From Narcine bancroftii (taxonomy: Eukaryota), in NCBI RefSeq assembly GCF_036971445.1, contig NC_091474.1:135904001-135968000 (forward strand): 64,000 nt of DNA. Reading direction: 5' to 3'. Shown one piece after another: positions 42,030 through 57,405 of this stretch. A program made the translations under genes and the position numbers. The notes under the pieces are model-generated. The model saw only the letters and a list, made by a program, of their open reading frames with translations. It did not search any database and had not been told where the DNA came from. How positions within the stretch are numbered: position 1 is the stretch's first letter; each line of letters begins with the position of its first letter.

Positions 42030-43036
42030 CACTCATGAAAAAAATGTTTGCCAGGCATGGAGTTCCTTGTGAAATTTTTGAGCAGTGTATTTGAGTCCTT
42101 TGCCAATATTTGGGAGTTTCAACTTCAAGCCCACATTACCCATAGTCTAATGGCCTAGCAAAGAGTTCTGTCAAGGTGGTGAAGAGCCTCATGTAGAAAG
42201 CACATGATGGATGAGAGGATTTCCAAAGAAGTCTAATGATTCACAGAACTGTGCCACTACAAAATGGCTTTCTCCTGCCCAATTGCTGATGGGTCGACGC
42301 ATACACAACAACTTTCCAATGCATGAAAATATGTTGACACCTAAAGGAGCACACGAGGTCAAACAGACTAAAGTGGAAGAGAAAGTAAAATGGAAACAGT
42401 ATCACGATAAGACTGCGAAAAGCCTGGAGTTCAAATGCGAATCCGAGATCACAATTCTGGCACGTGGTCCATGGAAGGATATATGCAAGAGGAAATAGAT
42501 CCACATTCCTACAAGATCCATGCAGAGGGATGGTCACTTCTGAGAAAGAACCACGTGGATCTACGATCATAAGCTCCAACCATGATCATGACCCATCACC
42601 TTTCAGTACACAAAGGGGGCCTGCACATGTAGAAAAGAAACATGTTGTTTAGAGTTCACAGAAAAAGACACAAATACTAACACAGCAAATGCAAGCAATA
42701 CACTGGTGGAAACACATACCAGACCAAAAAGGACTATTAAACCACCTCAGTGATTGAAAGTTGCTGAGTGGAAAGAGACTGGCCATGGAATGTAGATACC
42801 CTTGTTATATAGACGCAGTATTGTGTTTATGATTTCTTTTTCTTTTTTAAAAAAGGGGAAAGAGTGTTATTATGCATGTATAATAAAGAACTACATTACC
42901 CAATAGGCAATGTATGCGATTGGCAAAAAGTAGACTGATAGAAGTCGAGTGCGTTGTTTGTTCAAGCAGCTCGAAAAATAAAGTTGTTTAAGCATTAAAA
43001 CACACGTTTGTTCTTTTTCAAGGAACAAATATAACA
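42030..43036 (+). mobile_element. Gypsy retrotransposon 3' remnant (integrase, PPT, 3' LTR 42865-43036)
   Basis: TSSPHYP*SNGLA, SPAQLLMGRR; PPT AAAAGGGGAAAGAG directly before the TGTTAT...ATAACA LTR. Confidence 0.8.
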
Positions 43037-43640
43037 TCTTTCTCCTGGGCTGCTTCTTGATCTTCTGTATTATGTGTTTTGCATATCAGATTTTTATCTG
43101 CATTCTTTTTTTTAAAGTTTCTCACAGAAAGTAATTGCAGTTTATCAGAAGAGAGCAGAGTTCTTTGATCTGTTGGGATCTATTTCAAGGAGATAGTAGG
43201 TCCTATTTAAGTCTTAAATTTGTTTTGTAATTATTTCAAAATGCCTCATCCCACTTCTGTTTTTTAGTAAATGTAATAATTTATCATAGTTACAAGCCAA
43301 CAGCAATGGTAATTAAATTATCTTAATTTCTTATTAGTTTCCTTTTTTCAATTAGTTTCCCTCTGTGTAGGGATGAGTCAGTGATTAATGCAATACTGAA
43401 GATAAGGAAAGCTCTTTTTTAGGTAAAGATCAAGAAATACCAATTCACATGTCCTTGAAGAAACTGTTTATTTGGTAGAGAATCATTCCTTTTTAAACAA
43501 CTTTCAATTAGCTGATTGTATCAAAAACTCGATTATGACTATATCAAACTTTAAATTTTGTTGTGAATAGAGTTCCAAGAAAATTTCATTCACCTCTGCA
43601 AAGTCTGCAAATAAAATGTATATATCTTTTGCTCCCATAG

Positions 43641-43739
<99 letters not shown>

Positions 43740-46700
43740 TGAGTAAGCAAAAATTACATGTGGATGTTGAAAGATGAATTTTATAATTAATTTAACTTTC
43801 CTCTAGTTTTGCCGTACTTGTTTTAAAATGGTTGCACTTTTACTACATTTGTATGTAGATTGTAGATTATGGGTACTATCTATACCAATGGAATGAAGAC
43901 TCATTATGAGGTTTTTACCATTATCACTGGGAATACTCCATGAATCCATGTGCCTTGCTCCTCCTTCCCATTTAACCTTGAAGTTTGCCTTCAGTCTCCA
44001 AAATATTTTCCCTTTGTCTTCTTTAATGATGTGATTTGTTCAATTATAAATGCCGTCAATAATGACAGTGGAAGTGGTTGAATTGGTGATTTCTTTTTAA
44101 AAAAAACTTTTACCAATATTTTATTCATTTTAATAAACAATTCAAACGAAAAGGGTTAAAAAATTAACAGTTTTGTTTGAGTATTTCCAGCTGAATGGCA
44201 TTTCAATTGTTCATAAAGCCCAGCACTTTTTATGGGATGGCTTCTGCAGCTGGCTAAACTGCTCATTCATTTTACAATAGGTGGAAGGTTGCTTCTGGCC
44301 CTCCATGAAATCATGGATTAGTGTGTAGAAAGTGATGGAAAAATTGTTAGTGGACATCACTGGAATACCAATGGTTTTTTTTATTAAGAATTCTAAACAT
44401 TTTGTTAATGTTTTAAGTCTGACAAGTCATTGATAATATTGTATTTTTGTGATACTTTATGTAGTCCGAAAGATTTTTTTTGTCCTTGTTCTCAGAGTGA
44501 CTGTGTTAAATTTGTTATACTGTAATTCTATTTTCACAAACTGAAGGAAGCTGTTTAATATTTTCACAAAAATACACAACAGACATTTCAATTAATATAA
44601 ATTTTACACATGTACACATTAGATTGGCCCTTCATATCAACGATAAGACAACATTTCAGTGAGCAAGGAAGTGTTTTTCAGTTTCCAATGTACATCTTGT
44701 GTTTACATACTTTTCATATCTATCTATAATATGGAAAAATATTGAATTTGGAGCACAAATCACTGCTCAAGTTTCAAAATGCTCAAACAAACTCCTGTTA
44801 AAATCCTTCCTAATTATCCAGGATATAAAGTTTCTATGTCATTTGGGAGATGAAGAGCACAATAAACCAAATAAAGACAAGACAATCAGTCTGGAAAAAT
44901 CTGTACACATGTCAAATTTGAATGGGATCAACCTCTGTCTCATCCTATTGGTTAAATAACTTGCTGAAACTTTGCCAAATTTGAAATGTGAAAAAAGGCT
45001 TCTTTGAACCAAAGACTTCTGCTTTTAGTAGGACTGAACTCCATGTCAGTGACTTGAGGAAAAATTGGGCCCAAAATTTGGACAACTCAGAAGCAAGGTG
45101 ATATGATTCTGCTCTCATATCAAAATCTTCTTCAATATTTTCACTCTATTTTAAAAGGTTTTTTCGGCCATCTGAAAGAAAGGAAAAGAATTACTCTGAA
45201 AGATTAAACAAATAAATTCTAAAAATAGAAAACTTTTAAACTGTCAGAATCAAACTTTAAAATCTAGTTACAATTACAGAATTAAAATGGCAGTTGGCAG
45301 CCATAATCCTCTCTCTGCTGATGTGCCTTAAATAACAGTATTGTTTTGAACTAAATAATATTTTTCCTGGTTCTTCTGATGTTAACATCACTAAAATATT
45401 AAAGTTTTGGGATCACGTGATGGGACCTGAGGAGTGAGCAGTGAACCTGGAGAGTTCCCAGATTGAGAAGGCAAAAATCATAGAAACCTTCCGAAAACAA
45501 CCAAAAATATAAAAAGAAAATATAGGTGGAGACAGGAAAAGAACATGACAAAGAAAAACAAGGCAAGCATTAAAAGGAGCGGCTGAGAAAAAAAACGCTG
45601 GTAACTGAGCCAGTCCACCTTGTGGTATTCAAAATAGCAGAGGCAACCTGAGTTCAGCGTTGGAAAAGAAGAATGGAGTGAAAGAGACCTCCTCCCTGAA
45701 ACACGAAGAACAGAAAAAGAAGGCAGGTGGAGGTGAGTCGAAGTCAGGGGGTGCTTTCCCCCTCCTGGAACGGCCAGAGAGGAAGTTGTGAACCAACCAG
45801 TGAGAGGAACAGTCAGTGGAATTGCAGGAAGAGTTGGGAACGTTGGAGACGAGGCTGTCAGTGCAGGAGGAGCTGGAAAGATTTGAAGCTCCTTGTGAGC
45901 AGCAGGATCAATGGGCAATCAGTAGCCAGCGTCAGAGGAAAAGCCCGGGAGGGAAGCCTGGGAAGCGATGGTTGGGCACAAGGTGATAATGGCACCCAAG
46001 AGATGGGAGAGGAATGGCTCAGAGCAAGAGGAGCGCCTGGACAGACAGGGGAACCCTGTGAACCTGGAGGTCGGACCTGCGATGGTGCAGGGAGGTGGAG
46101 GAATGACAGCGACAGTGGAGATGAGAATTGGAGGTACAATCTGCAGAGAGTTGCAGGGGGAGCCTTTAGTGAGAGGAAGGGGGAAAGTGTAGATGACCAG
46201 GCTAGGAGAAGCCAGAAGGAGTGACCTGACAGAGGGGAAAGAGGAGGGGATATAGACCCTTCCCCAAGAGATATCTTGAAAGCAGTGGAGGAGGGGGAGA
46301 GGCACCTCTGTGAAAAGTCAAGTTAAAAAATTAGATTTTTGATTCAGGAGATTAGTAAAATTCAGGGGACTCTGAGTAGGTTAACAAGCAGGATGGTAGA
46401 TAGAGAAGATAAGGAGGAGGAAACTGATAGAGTCAGGGCAGTGGAGACAAAGGTGGAAGCATGGGCCAAGGATAGTTGCTAAAAATAGACTCCCTGGAAA
46501 ATCATAGTAGAAGGGACAATTTTAAAATTGTTGAGTTAAGGGAGGGTAGAGAAGAGAGGGGATATGATTACTTTCCTTCAATACTGGATTCTGAAGACAT
46601 TGGGCAGAGACAAGGTGGGGGGATAATATAGAAATAGAAAGTGCGCATCGGTCTTCTGCCACGTGCCCAGGTCTTGGTCAGAAACCACACTCTACATTGA

Positions 46701-47467
46701 TGAACCTTTTAAGGTTCCAGGATAGGTAAAGAATTTTGTGCACAGCGGCAGTTGGCTCGATATGCTTGTCTGGAGGGTCGAGGACAAAGGATTGGATGGG
46801 CAGTGGATGGGGGGGGGGGCTCAGTGAAGGAGCATAAATGAGGGGAAGATCTTTGAAGCTATGGTTAATATAATTAACTATCTAAGTCTTAAAGTTTATG
46901 GATTAAATGGGTCAGTGAAGAGGAAGAGATCTTGGTACACATCAAAAAAAATGAAAGTGGATATAGCCTTTCTCCAAGTGACACACCTTTCAGAAAGAGA
47001 GCATCAGAAGTTAAAAAGAGGATGGGTAGGCCAAACAATCTCATCCTCCTTTAATTCTATGGCAAGGGGAGTAGCGATTTTGATGGGGAAAAATATTACA
47101 GTGAGGATGGAGAGTGTGGTCAAGGATAAAGCAGGAAGATATGTAATGGTACCCTGTCAGATATATTCAGAAACCTGGACCCTATTAAATATATATGTCC
47201 ATAATTTCAATGATGAGAAATTCATAAAAGATGTCTTTTTTTAAATTTTGGGAGGGTAGAGAAAATATCCTAATTGGAGGGGACTTCATATTTTGTCTGG
47301 ATCCGGTTTTGGATGTCGACAAAAAGAGTAACAAGGGTCAAGGCAGCCAAAGCTACGTTGGCCTTTATGAAAGAGCTGAATTTAATAGATGCATAGAGAA
47401 GGCAGCATCCAAGAGTTAGGGACTATTTCTTTATGATTCCATACCAGGGGAGATTTATTTTTGGCAT

Positions 47468-47689
47468 TGTGATAGTACAGATTCTATCACCAATGTGTAT
47501 ATGTATAGATGGTAGTGTAGGATTGGCTGAGAGTGTAGTCACACCTACTGGCAGGTTTTAAAGGATTGCTCCTAGCCAGACCAGGTCATTCTGGACTGGT
47601 CGACCTACTTGTGATATGCTCCAGTCTTTTAGTTAATAAAAGCCTTGGTTTGGATCAACAAGTCTTTGGTTCTTTCGATGCGCACTACA
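47468..47689 (+). mobile_element. Solo LTR (222 bp) inserted in L1 ORF2
   Basis: TGT...ACA ends, internal AATAAA, 5-bp TSD GGCAT at 47463-47467 and 47690-47694. Confidence 0.85.
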
Positions 47690-49381
47690 GGCATCAGCCC
47701 AATTAGAAGAAAGGATCGTGGAAACTGAGTACACAGTGAGACTTTTGTCAGATCATTTCCCCCAACACTTAGCAGTATAATGCTGGATAAACAGAGATGG
47801 TGTATAGGTGGCACACTGCCCATTGCTGTTGAAACCGGAGTTTTGTATCTTTATTAGAACTCAGATAGATGTTCTTTGTGACTAACTGTACCTCTACTGT
47901 GGATAAATTTCTCATTTGGGACACTTTAAAGGCATATTTAAGAGGGAAAATAATTGGATATGCTAAAACAATTAGAGAATATTTGAGAGAGGTGGACAGT
48001 GGGACAGGAGATTAATGGACTAGAAATTTATTTTCAAAGAATGGGCTTGGAGGAAAAAGTATAGAGAATATCAAATAAGAAGCTCAGGTATAATACATTT
48101 TAAACCTAGAGAATAGACAATACAATTTTAAGGTCGAGGCAGAAATATTATGAGCTAGTGGAAAGGGCCCATAAAGTTCTCTCCTGGCAGCTGAGAGCAG
48201 AACAGGCCACAAAAACTATTAATGCGATACAAAAGGGGAATGACAGGATTTCATACAAGCCAAAGGAAATTAATGATATTTTCTGGCAGTTTTATTAACA
48301 GTTATATAGAACAGAGTCAATGGGGGAATCAGGAAAAATAAATGATTTCCTGTCAAAATTGGAACTACCAAATTTAGGTCTAGAAGAGCAAGAGAGGCTG
48401 AGTGCCCCATTTACAGCAGAAGAGATAGAGAAAGCATTAAGTCTACTGCAAGCTGGCAAGTCTTGGGGGGAGGACAGGTTCCTGCCTGAATTCTACAGGG
48501 AATTTAAGGATCTTTTGATCTCCCTCTTTATGGAGGTTGTGGATCAGGCAATGGAGACCCGTACTCTTCCAGAATCTTTTTCAATGGCAATCATTATGGT
48601 GATTCTCAAAAAGGACAGAGACCTACTGAAACAGTCTTCGTATTGACTCATCTCATTACTGAATGTGGACTATAAGATTCTTGCCAAAGTCCTGGCAAAT
48701 AGATTGGCAAAACATTTGCTTAAATTAATAAATATTAATCAAGTAGGCTTTGTGCAGAAGCAACAGGCTTGTAGATTATATAAGCAGACTGTTGAGCATT
48801 AATCACTTGGCACAGTCAAGGGGCGATCCAAGTTTAGCTGTGGCCCTGGATGCGAAAAAAGCATTTGACAAATTAGAGTGGGACATTTAATTCAAAATGT
48901 TGGAGAAAATGGGATTGCGACCAACTTTTATAAATTAGATTAAGAGCACTATATAATGTGCACAAGGCCAAGGTTGTGACCAATGGGCAAGTATCTTCAG
49001 CCTTCCCACTATCGAGATCTAGCAGTCAGAGGTGTCCATTATCTCCGGCTCTATTCTTATTTGCTACTGGCAGAAGCCATTTGCCAAGATCCAGACATTA
49101 AGGGCTTCAAAGTGGGCCAGGAAGAACTCAAAATCAATCTGTTTGCTGATGATGTGTTGACATATCTGACAGACCCTGTAAACTCATTAGCCAGGCTTCA
49201 ATCCACACTGGAAGATTATGGGAAGATTTTTGGGTACAGAATTAATTGGGATAAAAGCAAAATTATGCCACTCACAAAGTGGGACTATAGTGAATTGAAA
49301 AAGAAAAGTCAATTAGGATGGCCGCAAATGGGGATTAAGTACCTGGAGGTAAGGGTAGACAACAATTTATCAAATTTGTTC

Positions 49382-49434
49382 AAATTATATCCCCCCTGCT
49401 CAAAAAAATTATATCCCCCCTGCTCAAAAAAATT
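49382..49434. repeat. 24-bp tandem duplication in L1 RT
   Basis: AAATTATATCCCCCCTGCTCAAAA repeated (KLYPPCSK twice). Confidence 0.85.
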
Positions 49435-51735
49435 GAGGAAGACTTAAATAGGTGGATGACCTTGCCTATCACATTTATAGGCAGGGTCAATTATGTAAAA
49501 ATGAATGTGTTGCTGAGGCTCCAACTCTTCCAGGCTTTGCCTATTGCATTGCCCCAGAGATTCTTCGAAAACCTCAACACACAGATAAGTAGGTTCCTTT
49601 GGAACAAAAAGGTTTCTCCATGCAGAAATTAACATGGGACTATACTCAGGGTGGATTGAGATTACCAGGTTTCAAAAAATATTATTGGGCAGCCCAGTCG
49701 AGGTGGATTGCCTTGCTCTTTGACGGGGGAGGTACACCATCCTGGGCACAAATTAGTCTGCACACGGTAGGTGAGAAAGTAGCGAGAGAATTTATAAATG
49801 GGATGGCAAATTGTTATCTGGCAAGAGGGACAACTTCTTGCTAAAACATACAATATATGTGTGGAACTAAATTAAGGAATGTATTGGCCAGAAGGTGGGA
49901 TTGTCTCCAAACCACCCCTCTCCACCCCCCAGGACTCAAAATAATTTAATACCATTGACTATTGATAACAAGATCCTGGACACCTGGTTTTAAAAGGGGA
50001 TCAGGTGTATCGAGCTGTTATGAGCTCATGTAATTTTAGTATTTAAGAAGTAAATATGATTTGTCAAATAGAACAGTCTTTTGCTACTTTCAGTTAAGAT
50101 CTTTCTTGAGGGACAAATTGGGTCCAACCACGGCCATGCCAGAGTAGAGTTACATTGGAGACTTTGATTCAAAGAGGGAACACAAAAAAACATTATTTTG
50201 AAAATGTATTCACTATTCCAAGCGGAGGGCCTGAAGCTGGGGCTTTATAGATCAAGGTAGAATTGGGAGTTGAACCTAGGTGTTACAATAGATGAACAGT
50301 GCTGATCAGACCCATGTTGAGATAGCATGACCACAATAATTAACTCACGATATAGACTGGTGCAATACAACTTTCTTCACCAACTAGACCTCATGCTGCA
50401 GAAATTAAATGAAGGTAAACCAGAAATTTCAGATCAATGTTTCAGGTGCAGTATAGAGATAGGATCCGTTGTGCACTCAACCTGGTCATGCTCCAAGGTG
50501 AGGCCCTTTTGGGAAGAGCTAGGCTAAGCCATAGAGAAAATCATAGGTCGAGTTTTCACAGGACCCAAGTTATTCCTGTTGGGAAATATCATGGACATCA
50601 GGCTTACAATGAAGCTATCCAAATTTCAAATCTAATTTGTTTTGATCGGTCTGGCAGTGGCCAGAAAGTGCATAGTGGCTACCTGGAAGTCACACTCTCA
50701 TCTGGGCATTGCATATTGGAATATGGAAATGCAGAGCTGTGTTCCCTTGGAGAAATTTACTTATAATCTAAGGAAAAAAATATGAAACTTTTCTTAAAAT
50801 CTGTCAACCATACCTCAGTTACATAGATGCAAGGATATAGATGTGGTTCCCTGTTCTTTGCTGCTGCCCTGCCCCAAACTTGTCCTTCCTTTCCTGGGGG
50901 GGGGGAGATAGATGGGTTGGGGGGTCCATTCCAATCAGGCTAAGTCAAAATGAATGTAAGAGACCTAGAAGATGGGCATTGTGTTTTGACAGACCCTATG
51001 GTTAATGTGTTTCTTTTCCTTGTTTAATTTGTTATTAGTCCTCAGTCAGTAGTGTCATGTTTTTTATGTTAAATAAGCTTTTTTGCCTTTTCATGTAAGT
51101 TGTTTTTTTATTTAAATGGTTAATGTGTTCTCTTTTTGTTATTTTATGTTGTGGGGGGGGGGGAGAGGGGAATGAAACCAGACTCAATAGAAGAAATGTA
51201 AATATGATTGTTGTACTGTGAAGTATTGAACTGTCTGAGTTTGAAAAAATAATAAATAAAATATTCCAAAAATTTTGATTTCATTTCAATGTTGAGAATC
51301 CTCTAAATCATATTTTGATTTTGAACTCAATTCCTTCTGGACTTCATATACAGGGTATATTTATAATTACCTGACTCAACTACTAATGAGTGAAATGAAG
51401 TCTAGTTATCTTTTTGCAATCCAACTTAATTTTTGAACATAGTATAAAAGAAACAGATGTGTATATTTCAGTTCTTTGAGTGCAAAATTCATAAGGCACT
51501 TCACAGAAGCAATTACAGTGAACTGAAATATGGGACTAACTTGGGCATGATTGTCTCCTGAGTTATAAATTTATGTGATCCTCATTTACAATGGAATGAT
51601 CCACAAAACAATTTAATAGGGCACGAGAAAATTAAATCAGGTATTAAATTTATTTTTCTGAAAGATGTTAAAGATCCATTGGTGTTGATGTGGATAGAGA
51701 AAATTTTGTAATATTATAAAATAATCATGTTTTGA

Positions 51736-51978
<243 letters not shown>

Positions 51979-52599
51979 TGAATTTTATTTATAGTAAATG
52001 TTGCTAAATTGGCATATGCACAATCTGTATTATGAGAGAAAAACCAAATAAATGTAGCATGTCATGTCCCAGGCTGTAGATGTCAAAAACGCGAAGACGT
52101 AACTGTAAGGTGAGAGAGAGGTAGGTGCCTGGGGAAGTGGTGGAAAGAAATATGTCAACAATGTTTGAAATATTTAGATAGGCACATGACTGACAGGGAA
52201 TGTAGGAATATAGGCCATGTGTGGGCAGATGGGATTCATTTTAAATAGCATCATGCTTAGTGTGGACATGGTGGGCTGTGTACTATTTTATATTATTTGT
52301 CATGATATGAATCCTTCATCAGAAATGGGTGAATAAAAATGTAATCAATCTATTGAATATCTTCCAATCTCCAACAACTGCAAGCGTTCTATGACATTTT
52401 GCTTTGGAACTAACCACATTCCTTTCATTAATACCCAAAAAGCTGTTAATCATTGTCTTAAATTCACCCTACTGAGCTAATATAGCTCTCTTTAGTGGAT
52501 ATTTCCAAAGATTCAGTCCTGAATGGCCTAAGCTTTATTTTGAAACTGGCTTGCTAGTTCTAGACTGCCAACCAGCAGAAACATCATCCCTGTTACTTC

Positions 52600-54200
52600 C
52601 CCCTCACCTCTATCCAGGGACCTAAACAAACCTTCCAGGTGAGACAATAGATTCACATATACCTCCTCCAACATTTTTTACTTCATTCAGTACTCCTGAT
52701 ATGACCTCCTATACAGTACTCACACTCTGATCTCATATGCTGTCTAGAGCTCCTGGTTGCCAGCCATTTAAATTTCCCTCATTCCCACACCACCCCCCAT
52801 CTATCCTTGGCCTTTTCTACTGTCAGGATGAGAGCTGCATGTCATTATTGAGGCTGGGTAATCTACAACCCAATATCATGAACATTGAATTCTCCACTTT
52901 CAAGTGTGACAGAGTATTTAGAGGTGGTTTGAGAAGAATTGTTAGAGCAGCTTGCACACACACATTTTAAAACACAGAATATTTGCAGAACTTTTGCAGA
53001 ATGCCTTTTTCAGGAGGCAACAAAGTATCGACAGCAGGTGCCTGGGAGAGCATGTGATCTTTGCAGGCAGAGAAGAGATTTGCTCTCAGAGAGGGAGGGA
53101 GTGAAACAGAGAAAGAGGAGTGTCAGAAATTATTTCCAGAAGGACAAAGCTGACAAACTTTGGAAGGCTGTCTGGTCAAAGGAGAAGACTGGCGATCTGA
53201 AAGATGACCTGAAAGAAAGAGGATCATCCGGAGAACCCTGAAGGGGGCAAGTTTCGTCAGCAAGACTGATTGAGAAGGAATCAGTTGTGGATGTCCTGGA
53301 AAAGGAATCTCTCTCTGAAAACAGGAAGAACCCTCCTGAGTGGTAACCATTTGCCTGTTAAGCACCAAAGACTGGTGAACTTTGTTAATGCTAACTTCTG
53401 TGCACAGTACGAGAATTGCCTGAAACCAGTGAGATTGGATTGTGATCCAAAGAACTTTTCTAATCTTAAATATACATTACACACACCTGCGCTTAGTATT
53501 AGAGTGGGGATTAAGTAGTTAGGAAGGTTAAGTAAGTAGATTAAGTAATAAGTTAAAGTTCAATTCTGTTTTCTTGTTCAAATATAATTAAAAACTACTT
53601 TTGTTTAAGTAACCCTGTGTTGTGGTGGATATCTATAGCTGGTGGTTCTTGGGGTCCTCTGGACTCCGTAACACAAGTAACACCCTCCCCCTCAGTCCTT
53701 TTCTATCTTCTCATCTACCCAGGTCCTCTTATACATCTTCTTTCCAAACTCTGCAGAACTATTACAGTTCTTTACCCTTCCCCACCTCACACAAAGCCCC
53801 AACACATCCGCTCCCTACTATTCCCATCTGGCCACCATCCCTCCCTTGTATAGTTACAGAAATCTGCTTCTTCCAGCAGTTGTTTCGACCTTCACCCACT
53901 CCTCCCCTACTCTTGGTTCTATCTGCTTTTTTTAATTTGTCTCCATTCGCTTATCACCCTTGCATCTTGCCTCCCAACTCCAACCTTACTGTTCACCCAC
54001 CAGGCTCCATCAGTCTGATATCCTTCACACTCCACGGTCCATCCTACCCTCTTTAATACTGTATGTGTTCTCTCTCTTCTCAGTCTAAAGCAGAGTTTGT
54101 GTTGTCTCTATTTCCATGTACAGATGCTGCCTGTTATGCCAAATTTCTCCAGTTTGTTGTTTGCTTTAGATTCCATCATCCACAGTGCCTTGTGTATCTA
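52600..54200 (+). mobile_element. Penelope-like element remnant (GIY-YIG region, pyrimidine-rich tail) split by a solo LTR
   Basis: QGPKQTFQVRQ.FT..SSN-like segment, RLGNLQPNIMNIEFSTF C-terminus, terminal GATGCTGCCTG repeat. Confidence 0.6.
52905..53673 (+). mobile_element. Solo LTR (769 bp), Gypsy-like
   Basis: TGTGAC...GTAACA ends; 4-bp TSD CAAG at 52901-52904 and 53674-53677. Confidence 0.88.
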
Positions 54201-54784
54201 TCTATCTACTTTGTCAAGCCTTTAAATAAGTGAGATGGGAGAAAATTAGCAATATTCAGGGAAAACATTGTTTATAAGCAGTTTCAAATGATTTCCAATG
54301 GTTTATACAAATTTTAATTTGATGGATTTCAGCCCTTTATTTAGATGACTATTGATAAAGATTTATCAGAATGTAAGGCAAAAACCAAACACCAAACTTA
54401 GCAGGTCAGGCAGCATCCGTGGAGGAAATTGAGAGTCGATGTTTTGGGTTGAAACCTTGCCTCGGAAAAGTATCTATTCAAACTTGTTTGCCTTTCTGTC
54501 CCCACATTCATATGATGCCACAGAAATGGAATTGTTGACTAACCAAATTTATTAGATACCATCAATTTGTTCACAATGTCCAACAAGATGACTGAAGGTT
54601 CGTGAAGATTGGTCAAAAGATTCAATTTCACTTCAAAGTTTGCTTGTCTCATTTAAATGATTTTTATATTCAATAGTTTTTAATAAAGAAATTCATTTTT
54701 TTAAATAGCTGGGCATCTGGTCAGAATGGGACTTTGATTAAGTTTCTAATTTATTTACCTTCTTTTGCATTAACTGTATTTTAA

Positions 54785-55063
<279 letters not shown>

Positions 55064-55820
55064 TGAATAGAAGAATATGAAAATTCTAATGTTTCTTGCT
55101 AGCACAAAAGTAAATTGAATGCAGACTTTGAAAATGCAGAATGCCAAAGTTATTCATCATTGAATTTAAAAATGTGCTCTCATCTGAAATAAAATTGTAT
55201 CTGAGCTGAACAAAATGAAGAAAATCAGCAGTCAGATGGCATCCGTAAAGAGAAATGGTCAGTCAACTTTTTGGGTTGGCATCCTTAAATGAGATTGGTA
55301 AATATCTCGATAAGTGATCTCAAACTGCAACATCGACTTACCATTTCTATCAATGGATGCTACCTGGCCCACAGATTCACTTAGGACTGAGTTCTCTTTG
55401 TTCACTCAAGATTTCAGCATCTGCAGATTTCATGTTGTCTCTTGACTGGTTTGTATTAGCATTTTAAATATTTAAAGCTGTTGTTGTCTGAAAAGCTCAA
55501 GTGATTGATTTTTATGTGAGCCGGTAATGAATTTTAATTTTTCTCTGTAATGCATTTGCCCATGTCTCCACAGTTTTGGGTTTCTGATGAAGATTAAATT
55601 ATTATCTTCTTTGCTATTTAATACATTCTAGTCTGGGATTACAAAGATCTATTTCCATTTTGATAGTTTAATGAAATAGAAAAAAATACAGGTGCTGTAA
55701 AAGTGAAATGAAGTTTGAAAATGCTCAGCAAGTCAGGCCACATTTGAAGAAAGAGAAACAGTTATTGTTTCATGTCTGGGACTCTTCATCAGAATAATAT
55801 GCCTCAGAAGGTGTACATTA

Positions 55821-56070
55821 GGGGCAGCATGTTTGTAGCAGTTAGTGCAACGCCTTTAGAGCGTCAGCAATCAGGACTGGGGTTCAAATCCTGCGCTATC
55901 TGTAAGGAGTTTGTACCTTCGCCCTGTGTCTGCGTGGATTTTCCATGGATGCTCCATTTTCCTCCCACCATTTGAAACGTACTGGGGTTGTAGGTCAATA
56001 GGGTATAATTGGGCAGCACGGACTCAAGGGCCGAAATGGCCTGTTACAGTGCTTCAAGTTTAAATTTAAA
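55821..56070 (+). mobile_element. tRNA-derived V-SINE (HE1-like)
   Basis: GGGGCAGCATG head, GGTTCAAATCC B-box, V-domain TGTGTCTGCGTGGATTTTCC, TTTAAA tail; homologous to 12474. Confidence 0.65.
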
Positions 56071-56797
56071 AATTTCTCTACTCGCCCACCCATAATCAAT
56101 GGTTACATGCTATAATGATGGAAAATTAAGATGTTCTACAAATGTTCTAAATTTAAATTTTTCTAATTTTTGAATTACTTTCATAACCTTTAATGGCAAT
56201 TATAATTATATAATTTGTGATTCTTGTGGATTTGCATTTCTTCTTAATTTTATTAGTGGTGTACTTTTTCTTTATATTACCATGCAACTTTGAAATGGTA
56301 AAGGGTTTGGATTATATAATCATATTCTTCATGCTTTTACTCTTTTTTCTTCATTTTTTCAATATATCCTTGAATTAATATTGTTACATAGGATCAATTC
56401 TTTTTTTCTACTAACGAGTTTGCTTACTTTGTTACAATTATATTAGTGTTATGCATCAATCTTTTTACTGTATGTATGTATTATATGGAAACTCAATAAA
56501 AATATTGAAAAAGAAAAAAAATTCTCTACTTAGATTGAGGGAGAAAAGTTCCTTGTTTCTATTAGAAATGGAAAATAAATCATTTCCAGCAAGAAAGTTT
56601 TGGCAGATATATTCTCTTAATTTACAATCACAATATAATATATATTTATGTGTTTAGGTTCTTCTGACTAATTTGGGCTTAATTTGGACTGACATTTATG
56701 TCAAGTACACTAATTATCAAAAGTTTAATCTCCCAAAGCCATTTTGAGTTCTGTGTTAAGTTTTTGTTATGGTGTCTGACTTAAATTCTATATTTAA

Positions 56798-56998
<201 letters not shown>

Positions 56999-57183
56999 TA
57001 GCAATTTTTTTAATATTTTGAGAAAAGTGAAAGCAGAAACAATTTGCAAAAATGTCTAAATGTCGACAGGCCATTGTTTAAAGTTATCTTCAATTTATAT
57101 CATATGCAGATATAATTAGGCATTGTGCATAACACCACAAAGGATTTTAACTCTTTCTGTGTTTAGTGAAGACTTATACCTGA

Positions 57184-57405
<222 letters not shown>

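Larger units (their letters stand above)
45409..51270 (+). mobile_element. Second near full-length decayed L1/Tx1-clade LINE
   Basis: SLENHSRRDN (ORF1), DIAFLQVTHL/ARGVAIL (EN), KINLFADDVL (RT), QYNFLHQL..CFRC..HSTWSC; AATAAA tail at about 51251. Confidence 0.85.

Noticed and set aside
38385-43036. Intact or domesticated LTR retrotransposon / endogenous virus
   Set aside because: Multiple stops and frameshifts, missing 5' halves, no env-like ORF.
45478-46305. Cluster of overlapping 90-165 aa ORFs as a hidden gene
   Set aside because: Purine-rich, stop-poor 5'/ORF1 region of the decayed L1; no splice or homology support.
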